NCBI GenBank assembly: GCA_030141605.1
Contig: JAQGDQ010000036.1
Location: forward strand, 310,001-374,000
Source: Tubiluchus corallicola
Lineage: Eukaryota > Animalia > Priapulida
Direction of reading: 5' to 3'
Length of the DNA: 64,000 nucleotides
The translations under genes and the position numbers were made by a program. Below the pieces are notes generated by a model that did no database searches, was not told where the DNA came from, and saw only the letters and a program-made list of their open reading frames with translations. Positions 40,839 through 54,069 of this stretch are shown piece by piece (position 1 is the stretch's first letter; the number at the start of each line of letters is the position of its first letter).

Positions 40839-42962
40839 TTTTGTTATTTCAACCTGGACAAACAACTACGGGTTAGTTCCTGTTCCATTTCGGGAAATCT
40901 CGCTTGTAAAACTGCGTAACGTTGTCTATAACCTTTGCTTATTAATATGTACAGCCTTATAAGGTGTAAATACATATATATTTGTCAGCCTATTACCGTC
41001 GCCAAAATTGATAGTTAAAAAGGTAGATAAACACCATGCAGAACATTCGTGAACAATCGCGCATTATTGATTATAAATCTATTTAAGGAACAAATATTTT
41101 GCGACTCTTTTGTTCGTCTGTATAATACTAATACAGGCACAACATTTTTGTATGTTTGTTTGTTTATCTTCGTGTAAAATTTTTTAATCAAAAGAATCAG
41201 GCGAATAAATTTAGGATTGTTCGTCTTTGGCGGAGAGCTACTTCCTACTGAAAGCATTCTAGTTTTAATGTAGAAATCAATTGCAACAAAATAACATATG
41301 GGCCATTTGACGAAAATCATTCGTCAGAATTTCGTCCACTGCCACTATAACACTGCAAAACCACTAAATGTGATGATAGACATTTAGGCTAATAATATTG
41401 AATTGTATTGTGTTAAAACAGCATTGAAGGCAAAATATAATTGGGTGTCAAAATACAGTATAAACAATTAAACATTGCTGATAACCATGTCATACTTAAA
41501 AAATGACGAAAAGCTTTATACAGGAAAAAATTAGCAGTGTTAATTTTGGCGTGACGTCACTGGTATCTCCAGCGCATTTAAGGCACGCGCATATCAATGA
41601 AAATACAAATAAAATGCTGCTGTAGGAGAATTTTTCTCGGTGAGTGTAGGAGAATTTGTAGGTGAATATTCACAAATTACACCGAACTGCAAGTCATAGA
41701 CACAGCCAAAAATAATTTTCGAATATATCAAGTGAGGAAGCAATCAACTTACTTATTATGCTGTAGTAACATGGAAACTAATATGAGATCTGTGTATGCG
41801 GTGTTCCATCACTCAAATCAACTTATACTGCAAGTAAGCAGCTGCTAGCTACAACTTTCTGGATCAACACTTGCTCAGTAATAAAGGAAATAATTACTCT
41901 TTCTGGCTAAATTTCATGAAAACCATATTTAGCCCAGGTTAGAAGTATTAGACATTGCAACTCTTCCGATTTTATCGTGGAACTCCCAATTTTAATAGTA
42001 ATTTCCCTGTTTGTGACATTTCTCCTGATTTGCCACCGATAATTATTGCAAAGTAATAAAAATCGCAGGAAATGCGATCGTAGTGAGGTAGAACATTTCA
42101 TCCTTTTGCCCGACATGCAATCGTCCATCTATCATTTGAGAAGCGCATCTAGAATACATGTGCGTGGCTGCACAAAAAAGTGTAAGGAAACCAAATTTTG
42201 AAAATATTGCTCATAGTATGATTTAAATTGACTTAAAGGTTTAAAGCAATCTGTTCACTCTGGAACATCATTTGTGCAGTCCAAAAAAATCGTCAGAAAT
42301 CTTTTTCCTAAGTGTTTAGAAACGTTGAGAGAGTTAAGATTTAGGGAGGTTTTTCAGAAAGTTAAAAAGTGCTGTCTGAAAAACATTTCTACTTGGCTGT
42401 CAGTTTTCTTTTCCGTTTGCACCTCACAATTAATCAGAGTACATTTATATACCTAGGTGCTCAGACTCAAAACTGTTGTTAGTAAAGTGTAGGGAACAAA
42501 CTATCGTGCTGTCTCGTGGATCAGCTTATCACATCTTGTCCTGCAATTTTATCTGTTGGAAAACGTAAGAATGATCACTCTGTCAGAAGCATTCTTTGAA
42601 CACAAAATTGCAAGAGAAGGTGTGATCACCTGTGGATCGCACACTGTACCTCGTTACTAATATTTTTTATCGCAAGTAGGTGTGGACAAAACTGTGATTT
42701 CAACTTACAAGTAAAATGTAAAATGCATTCGTTCAGAAGTAAGATGAAGACTAAAAGAAGAAGAATAAAAAGTACTCCTCAGAAACAAAATGCATTCGTT
42801 CTACAATTAATTTCTTCTCAGTAAAGTTTCGGCAGTCTTTGACATAGAAGACGAGATAACATTAATCTAAACACACAGTATATGCAATAGTTTCTTTTAA
42901 CGGAATCACAACAAAAAACATAAACTTTCTTCCTTGTAGTCATTTATCCATTTTATCACTTA

Positions 42963-45900
42963 TTATTTTATTACTTCTGGGTCTCGTTTTGTTAAAATTC
43001 GCTTCATGGCATTAAAGAAAGCCAGCGAGTATCTGGGAAGTATTTTCTGACTATCTGCATATGTTGCCTCGCACTGTTTTTCTGATAATATTTCCAGTTC
43101 CTTGCGCGCGGAATAAGCGAGAACCTGAAAGAATACAAAAAGGAAAATTATAGAGCCCGTTGGTTCGGTAACGTGTTGGTGTAGGCTCTGTATAGTACCA
43201 ATTCACTCATCGATACATCACCAAGAAATTCACCATTTTTAAATTTTAAGCGAATTGGTCCCTTCATCGCATTTTTTAGCCCACAGACTTGGTCCCGGTC
43301 CATTTAGCTTCTACATGCTTGATGGTTATGAAAAACCCCTTTAGTTTGTATTAGAGAAGGTGTTAAACCCAACTTTTTAGTTACCATTGCATTTTTGGCT
43401 TTTAGACATTTCCTTCAAAATATAACGTTGAAAAACAGGAAAATATGGACACAGGACACTTTGCCTACACAGACGTTTCGACACATATCACTATATATCC
43501 AAAAATAAAGTAGATTGAACGCAGGAAAAGAGCAGAACAGATTGTAGGCCACATATAACTTTTGAGCGCAGGGCAACTTGGGCACAAGAAAAATGTATAC
43601 AGTGTACAGATAAATTTTGTTAAGAACGACATTTCTAAAGTCCAAAAGCCTATGGGATAAAATTTGTAAACTCCATTCACTCAAAGAGCTGCTAACTGAG
43701 AATATGAAACCATATTTAAGTTTTAAACTATATTTACTTAATAAACTATATACTTAAAACTATTTAAAAGGATTTAAAATTGGTCTTCGAGAAAATTCTC
43801 GGGGTGACTTTCTGCACACGGCAAAGTCTTTTCACTGGCAAAAAAGTCAAGTGCATCAGATAGTTCACGGAATGGCGTTTTATTGACATGGATGACACAA
43901 GCGTTAACTCTGTGAGTTACATTAATTTATAGTAAATGGCTCGTTGCCTGAATCTTGTCAACTATATAGCAATGAGGACTACACTTTTTTGCAGAATGGG
44001 GCACCCTCTCATATAGAACTCGATCACCTAAATTTATCTAGATAGAACGGGAGACCTAATTTTGTCGGAGGTGATTCGCTCAAGTAAAAGATTTGCGCTG
44101 GTCAGAAAAGTAGGCTCACCAAAAAGACCTCAAAGAAGAATCGGTAGAGCGTAGAAGAAAATTCTCATAAAGATAAATCTCAGGATGAAGTTCAGAAACG
44201 CACATACTCGTGGAAGCACCGATAAAGGGCAGCTTACCAATGGCGCAGTGATCACATAATTACTTACTTTGATCATTTAAGTAAATGTTAACTGGCACAT
44301 CATTAATTAGCAGGCGTTTTTACTTGAGAATTGTGATAAAACCATGACACGTATGTCTTTGAAATTTGCAACAGTTATAGGCTATACGGTCTGCAAAGAT
44401 ATTGTCGTATGACCCGCATCCACGTAACAAGTTTCACTTTGGTTCCTTCGAGCATTTGCCCAACTGTATTACGTAATTTTTGTGAGCCGCTATAAAAAAC
44501 CACATTCGTATTTTCCACAAGGTGACCAAAACTTTTTTGGATATGCGACAATTCCCTTTTAATCCTAATGCGGTTGTTGTTACCGTCATTTAAAAAGTAG
44601 AAAGTCCAAGTCAAGATATAATAAACATTTCTCGCCATCTTTATACCTGAAACATTGCAGCTCGTTCGAAATAGTAAAGATGATCAAAAGCCATTGGTAC
44701 AGTCGGCATGGCGGTCAGAATTCCATGGTTTCCCATGACGAGGACCTGGTTATCACCAAGCACTTTACCAAGTCTTATTCCTTCGTCAATAGCATTTGCT
44801 AGGCCGCTGTATTCACGATCGTAGGCCACGTTCTTGTAGAAACGCAAGGAATTCTGGTGTGTCATTAATAGTCTTTGGTCGCTCAAACAACCTAACAAAT
44901 ATCATAAAATATGAAAATGATATATTTGCACAATAATAAGGTGCTAGTGTGAGCGCAATCCCATTATTTCTATAATTACTGTCAGATTAGACCTGTTAGA
45001 CAGGTAGATAGACAAATTTATTGACTGATATAAATATACAACCAAGGAGATGGTCACAGCAGAATCAGTCCACAAAAATAACATTCGAAGTGTACAAAAT
45101 ATTTTCCACAAAATTTCACTTATGTACCATTACAACCGGATGTTACATTGAGTTTTATAAATTATTACAGCATTATTAATTATAATATATTATAATATGA
45201 TATATTTATACACAGACACTATTATCATACATATTTACGCCTCTGTTACAAATTCACACACCAAATTTGCTTCAGATTTGAAAAATAACCTTAAATTTGA
45301 GAAATTTACATTATTATAGTTCTCAAATTATGAGTATTGTATGTATTCACATATAACACAGTGCTCTGTCTGTACCAGCCCACACGAACAGCGTCGCTAC
45401 CTCGGTAAATGAATCCAGTGGCCAGTTTTTATAGCAAGCCTGTGGGCAGATAAGCGGAGCCTAGAGAGCCTCAACCTCTGGAATTCGGGTATGTTAGAAT
45501 TATGTACGTCCGACACTGATAAATCTGGATTTATAATCTCGTGATATTCTATAAACTTTGACTTTTCTAATTGTCAAACTCAGTGTTTTAGGCTGCTTAG
45601 ATCATTTTCCAGAATATCGCCTTCCGATGCTAACAACGTAATCACATATCTAGCACGTGGTGTACCTGAAGCCATACGCAGATTATATGCAAACATGAAG
45701 GGGTCATCAACCGCACCTGCTCGATCTGAAAGAATATGACTGAAATACTCCTAATAAATCCGTTGACAGTGAGAAGGCCAATTTCTATCAAACAGAAGTC
45801 ATTTGCTGTCGTAGTTCTGACATCAAGCAAACCGTTTACTAGACTCATTTAAGCAGTCACTTAGCAGTGTGAACAGACCTCAAGTTATTTGTGAACCATG

Positions 45901-48900
45901 ATTCACAACTGTAACGATGGCTGACAACAACGCAGATTCCAACATTTTCCTTTTAACTGTAAAATGGCAGTCGCTGTTCTTGTAAACGAATGAAACGAAA
46001 TTTAGTACATGGCAGAATTTTTCATCCCAGTGTTTAGACAAAGAAAGAACTATCTTCCCGCAACTTGAAAACCAGGCTCCTAAATAACAGAAGAAGTCAC
46101 AGTGTTTAAAAGTAAATTATGACTAACTAAATTCGCATTATAATTTGCACTCTCATTTAACACCATAAATTTTGCTTTTTTCTGTTTAATCTGCATCCCT
46201 CACCTACTGCAAAATCCTGTAAAATTTTCAAAGTTTTTACCACTCGTGGCTCAACTCGTGACTAGCAAAAGAGTATTGTCCGTAAGCAGTAAGCTGTGTA
46301 GCTGACCAAAAAAGACATCCTCGTCATACTTTGCTTCCAAATCACGAATAAGTGGATTTATGTAGAGTGTGAAAAAGAAACATGAAGGCGGCGAACCTTG
46401 ACACACCGATTGTAACAGTTATTATAGCGGCACCAACTGCTTGTGCTCGTATAAGAGTAGCGATAGCACACAACATAATCAATCCATAACCCAACTTCAG
46501 TTTTCAAGGCTTCTATTAATGCGGCTCTGGGGACCCTATCGTAGGCCTTCGAAAAATCAACAAATGTCACGAAAAGCTTAGTTTTTCACATACTTCATAA
46601 TTCATCAATAACCTTAAAGTCATTATCCATTCTAAACAACTTCGACCCTTTTCGGCCCCACCTTGCTCTTGATCTGGGGTAAAGCAAGCTTCCAGTCGAC
46701 TGCACAAAATTCGATCATAAACTGAGGCCATAGTTGATATGCCTCGATAATTGTCACAACTCCACCGATGACATTTTTTGAAAATCGTTACCAATTTCCT
46801 GGTATCCCAATATTTAGGATAATTGCCAGTCACAAATACTATGTTGAGTAAAGCGCATAAAAATTCTAACTATTTGTCCGGCAGAAATTGTAATACAACT
46901 GAGGGAATGCCAGAGAGTCCGCTACTTTTGTTAGGGTTAAAACTTTTTATGGCTTCTTTATATTCATCCAACGTAATGCCCGAATTAGTCACCGGAATAT
47001 ATGGGCCAGAGCACCCTTGAAGTTAGGTTGCTGCAAATGCATCTATCAGGATTCAGTAAGTTCTTACAATGCTTTTGAACTTCAACTGTGTGGTCTCAAG
47101 ATAAAAAATTATCAGAGACATTGTCACAGCCATTCCAATCGATCACTTTCCAAAACTGTTTAGGATCATTATTCTGAACAATTCTAGCCCATCTGCTATC
47201 TGCTTCAAAGTGTTCGTTAGTTCCGTAGGTGCACTGTGATTTACACGAAGATAAGTTCACATGTAGAATCTAGTTGAAATATTCAACATTGCTGTCTGCA
47301 TTAGACAATGCAGGAGGATCCATCGAGCCCATTTCTCGCTTAAATTTATTGTGGTCAACATCATAGATGTGCAACTACCGACTTTTTTATATCAGAATAC
47401 AGATTACTATATATAGTTCTGAATTTTTATTTTCTTTAAAATTTAATGTTTAGTTTTAAGAATATGTTTTCAGCTTAATTATATATAACAATTTCAGGAA
47501 GACGAATTTGGTTTATTATTATAGAAAGGAATATATCTACATCTCATAATGTAGCTAAGTAGTTATATCTGTCTGCTTGTTAACTTAAAAACGTTCACAT
47601 ATAGGTATCAAAATCTATTTTCTGTAAAAACGTACTCAATGCTGTTGCATAAGGTGGATGGATATGCATGACGCAGTTTGCATCTGGTCGTGTTCTATGT
47701 ACTCCTACATGTATACTTGCAGCTGATAACTCAGCTTCGCCATTCCCTTCCACAATCTTTGCTTCCTTATCTAATCCAAGAAGACTTGAAGCCGTCACCT
47801 GAAAAACGCAAAACTGAAGTTTCAACGGTTGGATAAGAAAAAATCTTAAGGATTCCATTTATGTTTTTCATACTCAACAATGTCCAAATTTCAATGCTCT
47901 AGTTTTTAAATGCTTTAGCTTAAATTTGTGCAAACATTTAAGCTGACATGTTATGGAAACATTACTTCGCTCCAATGTAATCCATGTGGAATAAGAAGCA
48001 TCACGTTTTCGTTGCTATTTTGAGAAGGAGCTATCAGAGAAAGGTGATTGCAAACTCCTTCACCTAATCCCAGCATATCCAGAGCTCTATATGCCACAGC
48101 CAGATCTATTCGTGCTTTCCTGTTGTGGGAAAAATAAAAATGAAGAAATCTTCACTTGAAAGATTTTCCAATCTTTATTTGGTATTTCTTTTGAAAAATC
48201 GGGGCATAGTTTTAGGAAACATTTGTAAAAGGGTGAATTAGTTTAAAGCTTCAAATGTTAAAACGTGTTTTATACACACCAGTATGAGTTTCTTTCATTG
48301 AAGACCTGTATGTTTACGGGTTGGTAATCATGTATACACTGGTATTTGGTTTTAGAAAATTAATTGCTCGACTTCTATATTTGGCAGATTATCTCACAAA
48401 ACCTCCAACTACGAGGGGTAGAAGTTGAACCAGTGGCGGATTATGATTTTATGGGCCTTAGGCTTGAGCTTGGAACGGGCCTTTTAAATGTTGCTACACT
48501 GCTGAGCTGACGTGTTTTTGTGGAGCTCTCGTCGTTTGTAAGTTTGTTTAATTTTGTGAGTTTTTGCCCACCGATTGTGATAAAAATTATATCTTCTTGA
48601 TCCTTGAGTTGTGGACTAGGACTATATAAACACGATTACAGCGATTATTTTGCCGGGTCCCTTTTGATCCCGGGCCTTAGGCTTCAGCCTATAGGGCTAT
48701 CCGCTACAGGGTAGAACTATACAAGCCCATTTCAGGCTGACAGGCATCACGTTACTTAAGGTATTTGAACCCTAGAAAAATAATTTGTCAAGCTCTTCGA
48801 ACCTCACGCAGGCTAAAATAATACTAAAAGTTCTATATACATACACAAATTTTATATACCATTATATAATACAGCCATAAGATAAGGTAATCTACAAAGA

Positions 48901-49516
48901 ACTGGTGCTATTAACCGATTATTTTTATTATAAATCTTTTATTCAAAATATAATATACAAATAATAATAGTTATACAAACACAGAAATATAAATACAAAC
49001 TCAAAATTTTACCCAGTCCTCCATTTTGCAGGGCAATATTGACGGTAATTAGAGAGACTAATTTCATGGTTGATAAACAATAGCAGAAAGTATGTGCTAA
49101 ACGTAAGACAGTCAAACACGTTGTTAACTTCACTGTGATAATGTACGACATCATTTTTCTACACAATATGTTTGCACGTTTTTCCTCAAAATCGTAACAC
49201 GACATTCTTACACACAGTATTTATTAGCATCAGATCACTTATATTTTCCTTTAGTAATAGTTCGGCTCGATCGTTTTTTTACATATTTTTATATATAAAA
49301 CAGATTATCAACAGGCGATCACATGGTATCAACAGATTAAACCTATCATTCTCACCTGTTCAATTCCTGACATCTTTTTGGATCATCAGTGACTGACGAG
49401 CTCCAAGCGTCGCCGGACACTTTACGAAATAAATTTGACGATCCCCTGAAAAGCGGTGAAGTTCTGGACACATTTAACAACTGCGAAAGCATGCAGCTGC
49501 TGAAGGGTGCCGCCAT
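42963..49516 (-). CDS. Class II aldolase/adducin-head family protein, 5 exons, 294 aa, possible mitochondrial presequence
   Basis: Exons: 49516-49356, 48119-47966, 47798-47636, 44891-44647, 43124-42963 (885 nt, phases consistent). Motifs RIDLAVAYR, EGVCNHLS, WSEVTASSLL, IH..VHRTRPDANCVMHIHPPYATAL, MGNHG and YYFERAA include the metal-binding His residues of class II aldolases. Confidence 0.9.
45250..47380 (-). mobile_element. Degenerate non-LTR retrotransposon (L2/Daphne/Crack-like RT) in aldolase intron 3
   Basis: RT motifs LVTIFKK...DNYRGIS, EQGGAEKGRSC and FVDFSKAYDRVPR (ORFs 46567-46833 and 46358-46570). C-terminal RLS.H.LAI.TG.W and CSCG..QTE.H-like motifs near 45360-45480. Frameshifted. 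Confidence 0.85.
48431..48709. mobile_element. MITE (hAT-like) in aldolase intron 1
   Basis: TIRs CAGTGGCGGAT / ATCCGCTACAG. GGGCCTTAGGCTT occurs near both ends. Flanks AGTTGAAC / GGTAGAAC. Confidence 0.6.
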
Positions 49517-51899
49517 GACGAATAAAAAGTAAACCCTGGCCGAATCCGTCTCTGCGGAGTTCACGGACACTCGCTTTTATTTCAAGACTGTGAACAGAGC
49601 TATGCTAGTATTTGAGACGCAGTCTAAAGTCCGGTAAGCTAGAGAGAAGACGGCTAGATTAATGACAAAAATATTTGAATGTTTAAAGGAAAATGGGAAA
49701 ATATTTTATATCCTACCCCATTTTGAAATACGATAAAAAGTATAAATGTTAAACACCTAATCGCCTATAATAATGCCAAACTGGTTCTGATGGCTAAATA
49801 CATGTAATAGGCTAAAAACTTAATTACCGGTCGGCGAGCCCTAACAGTGATAACGTCACAACTGAACATTTTGAACAGCGCATACATTCCACAGGTATTT
49901 GTGAAAGTTGAACTACAGTGCTACTGCGCAACATTCAGTATGACACATTCAGTATTTACTGCTGTGCTAATGTAGGGATGAGCACTACGAACTGGGAACT
50001 ACAAGTACCTGTTTTTGTGCAACATGTTTCAGAAATGTAGGCTCCAAGGCCCATCTAACTAGAAATGTATATAACAGCGAAAAACTAGACCCTGCGGTAA
50101 TAATTGTTCCGCGCAAATCATTCTTAAAGAATAATACGTTGCCTATCAATATTTTATAGGTTACATTGTTTTGAGCTATAGTTTAAGACTGGGCCCGGCT
50201 TTCAAAATTCTAATCAGTTAAGAATGCTTCCACACGTACCCAGTCATTAGCGATTAAGCTATAGTACTTTTTATTATTTAAAATCTCCTGTCTGTACTTA
50301 TTATTGTACAAAATTTTCTCTGGTTTTCCTTATATAGGTATTTCGCTCAGCGAAAAGCCAACGAATTTTGTTTTCACTCGGGTCTCTTCTTTCTCAAAAC
50401 TTCAAGACATTTTAACGTTGTATTTTTATGTGCTGTTGTTTTTTTCTGTTTCTTTCACTTTTCTGAGTGCGCGAAAGTTAGTTTGGCTGGGTAGTTTCAG
50501 GGGAGAAACTCAGCGTAGGTTTTGTCGTTCTGGCGACACTGTGCATCTGGCCGCGCCTGGCCGGATTTGAGCATTAAGGAACGGCTAGAATACGAATCCT
50601 GGTCGGGTTAATCATGATGACTACTCTTGGGGATGGGGTGTGCGGCTTTAATGAGTCTGTATTGTTTTGATTCCCTAACAAAATACAGTCTTAGTCTACG
50701 GTGACACTTTTTAATTAAGCCTTGATGGTAGAATGGAAGTCAACTGTCAACATAATTAAGGAACCAGGAAAGGCTATCATTTGCATATAAAAATGAAAGT
50801 CTATCCTTTCATCCATGATCCACACAAATTGTCGTATTTTCACTAACAATTGTATTATTTGGTATTCATCATCTTTCAGAACCCGAGTTACAGTAAAAAA
50901 TGTTTTGAGCTGTTATACCATTGTTTACAACAGAAAAGTCGCTTAGGAGAATCGTTTAATAGAAATCCTGTCTCGCTGTTAAATAACAAAATTATGTCTT
51001 GTATTTTAACCGAAAGTGCAGAATTGTTCCTAATATTAGATGAAAACTATTGGTATAATTCTCTCTATTATTAACATTTTTCGATATAATTTGAAAAAAA
51101 GCCATTAATCTGAACACCTCGTAGCGTAGTCCTAGAGGAATTTATTCAAAAAGTAAGGTTGTAACAGTTATCAGTAGATTTCAAAAAAAACATTTACTGT
51201 ATTTTTGTCTGAAATTGTGAAACTACAATAGATTTCCACCGTTCATTTACTAAGTAATGTTAATGAGTCTTACTTTAGCAAACTAGTTCCAAGTTAAGCC
51301 TTTACATAAATTAGCACCACGTAGTTGAAATTTTTGATCTGCTTTGTATGTTTTGCTAATAAAAGTGCAGCACGTTTTGGTGAACTGTAATGATTCAAAT
51401 CACAAATCAACAAGACCTCCTTTACGTGATAACAAAGAGTACAGTTGCTTCATCGACTGTCTCCAGGAACTCATACAGAAAAGTGAATTACTGAATTAGA
51501 ACTAAAAGAACCAACACAAATGAAACATGATGATATTTTTTATAAAAGCTTACATTTCATTTTATTATTTAAATACTCCTTTAACAGTACATTTTAAACA
51601 AATCTTCAGAAAACTTTTTATGCAGATTGTACAATGCTGATAAGCTTAATGCAAATCCTTTTCTTTACAGTCACCGATATGCATAGCAAATCTAAAGCAA
51701 GTTTCTTACAAACAACATAAAAACAATTCTGCAAGTTTTGACTGTTCATGACGTGCTTAGAACGAGTACATCAGCGCTACTTAACCAGGGCCGGCTTACC
51801 CGTTATATAGCCTTTAGCCAGCAAATAAGTTTAGTCAGAATGGCTAAAAAATATCAAACGACAAAACTCTTACCAAAGAAATGCTACCGTACTATAAAT

Positions 51900-52700
51900 T
51901 TGATTTCATTGTCAGAGCCAAAGTGTTTCAAGTAGATTAAGATCAGGTGATTGCCACAGCAATAAATATGCCTGTATTTTCTTAATAGCAAAATAGTCTT
52001 TGGAATATTCTGAAGTATGTTTAGGGTCACTGTCCTATTGAAATTTGAATACCCTAAACCCAAAAACATTAACCGATTTTTGTAGGTTATTAGCTATTAT
52101 ATTGGACCAAATCCACTGTACCATCAATAAATGCCAATTTTCTAATGCCTTTATGACTGACGCAACACCAAATAAATATTTTCTGTTGCCTGTTCTCTTT
52201 TTGTGGGTGATATATACTTATCATTTAGGGGTTTTCCATCTCCTTTCCACACTCAAGTGTTTCCATCACTGTAAAATAGTGAAAACAGTTTCACCACTAA
52301 AAACAACATCTTCCCAGTAATTTCAGGCTCATATGACCTTCCCTTACATACTTTAAATCTGTGAATTTTGTATTAATTTGTAATGGTTTCGAGGCTGGGG
52401 ATCCTGCTTTAAAGACGGCAGCTTTTAATGCATTTCTCATACCGAGATTCCAACAGAAGAACTTCTTAGTGTTTTTCTGGAACTTAGCATTTAATTCTGG
52501 TGCTGATGGTTTAGGAGTGTTTTTCAATTTTTAATATAACACTAAAATCTTTTCCATTTAAAATTTTGCTTCTGCCACTGCCCATTTTTCATACTACATT
52601 ATTTATTTCAATGTATTTTTACAGGTAAATGCAACTGTAGATTTTGAGATGCCCATTTTTTTATGTTTCTCAGATGCTGAAACCTTCCATTAAATAATTA
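51900..52700 (-). mobile_element. Tc1-family transposase pseudogene
   Basis: Broken minus-strand frames give MGISKSTV (HTH), GSGRSKIL, WEDVVFSGE, IWCCVSHKG..LAFIDGT, FQ*DSDPKHTS and QSPDLNLLETLW (DD34E-type motifs). TIRs not identified. Confidence 0.8.
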
Positions 52701-54069
52701 ATTACCGAATGTTCCTTGAATATACTACTATGCTTACTCATTGAAGGACAGAAAGCTATATGCACAGAAAAGCAATTCTTACTTTTGGAGGGTTATGTCC
52801 AAATTAACAGTACCAAAGTTTTTGCTTGAGATCAAAAAATGTGTCGACAGAGTAAGGTCAATTGGCACAACAGAAAAAACAAGGACAAATTAGCAACACA
52901 CCTTGATATGTGATGTATTAATATAAAACGTTTGTTTCATTTAAAAAATAGAAAGTACTTAATCTATTATTTAGGGTGCCCAAGTTATTTTTGAGATACT
53001 ATAAACTATGATTTGAAAATTTGGTGATTTGCTGCAGGCTGAAACGTTTATGCAGGAAGTTTTCTTATTTCAGTCTGTTGACTTCAAATGACTAGTTCCC
53101 AGGAACCTGTTTCGACTTGCTTTGGTACAGTGTTCTGCATTTTTAATGAGTGAGATTCATTTTAAACTTTTGCTGCTGATCGCTAATAGAAACAGGGAAA
53201 CTAAACTTTATTATTCTTTGGCTCGGCTGTTATTTAGTATGAATACAATAATATCTTATACAGCAGTGTAAAAAAAGGAAAACTTAACATTGATATGCAT
53301 AATTTAAAGAAATAATGGCACCACAATACTTCATACCTTACCTGATCATAAGTAATTTATTAGTGTGGTCTATATTACAAACCGAAAATTGTAGTCAAAG
53401 TTATACAGTCAACAAAACTGAAAAAATAAAATCAGACATTTCGTCAATAGCTAACATATTTTTTCGAAGAAATGCAGTTTATCATTCATTTTAGTCCATT
53501 TTTTATTTGCCATATACACTGCTTTAATTTAATTTTTAAGTTGAAGGGCTGTGGTGAGTCAACAACCCAAGGTCTAAATCCGGCTCTATTCGTTATACTG
53601 AGCTAACCCTGCTTATCAATCTTAAAAGACATTTGTCAGGTAAAAATATGTTAAAACAAAAGCTTCCATATTCAAAGAAAGAAGAAATTTTAATAATCTG
53701 GCCAGCCTTGGCCTCGAATCTAGCTAGATCAGTGATCACTAAAGACTTATTTGTTCTTTGAAAATTTGTTCACAGCTCTAAAAGAAATCTATTAAATTGT
53801 TAACAAAATATTATTGTAATTAAAATACTCATAATTAAATTTTGACAATAAAAATAAATTTGTGGTGATGTCCCATAATTTTAAATTAGAATCAGTCAAG
53901 CTATATAGAACACACAAGAACTGGTAAACTTAATTGTTGAAGTTACAATACTACATTTTAAGAAAATAATAACTCTCGAATTAAAGCCGACATTATCACG
54001 ACTTCTTTGTGAATATACAGTTGCAGCAGTGCAGTAGGCTAAAAATTCAGTTGTCACTGTACTGATCTA

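Noticed and set aside
53545-53612. tRNA-like sequence on minus (GGGTTAGCTCAGT...)
   Set aside because: Only the A box is good; no convincing cloverleaf or T-loop. At most a decayed SINE head.
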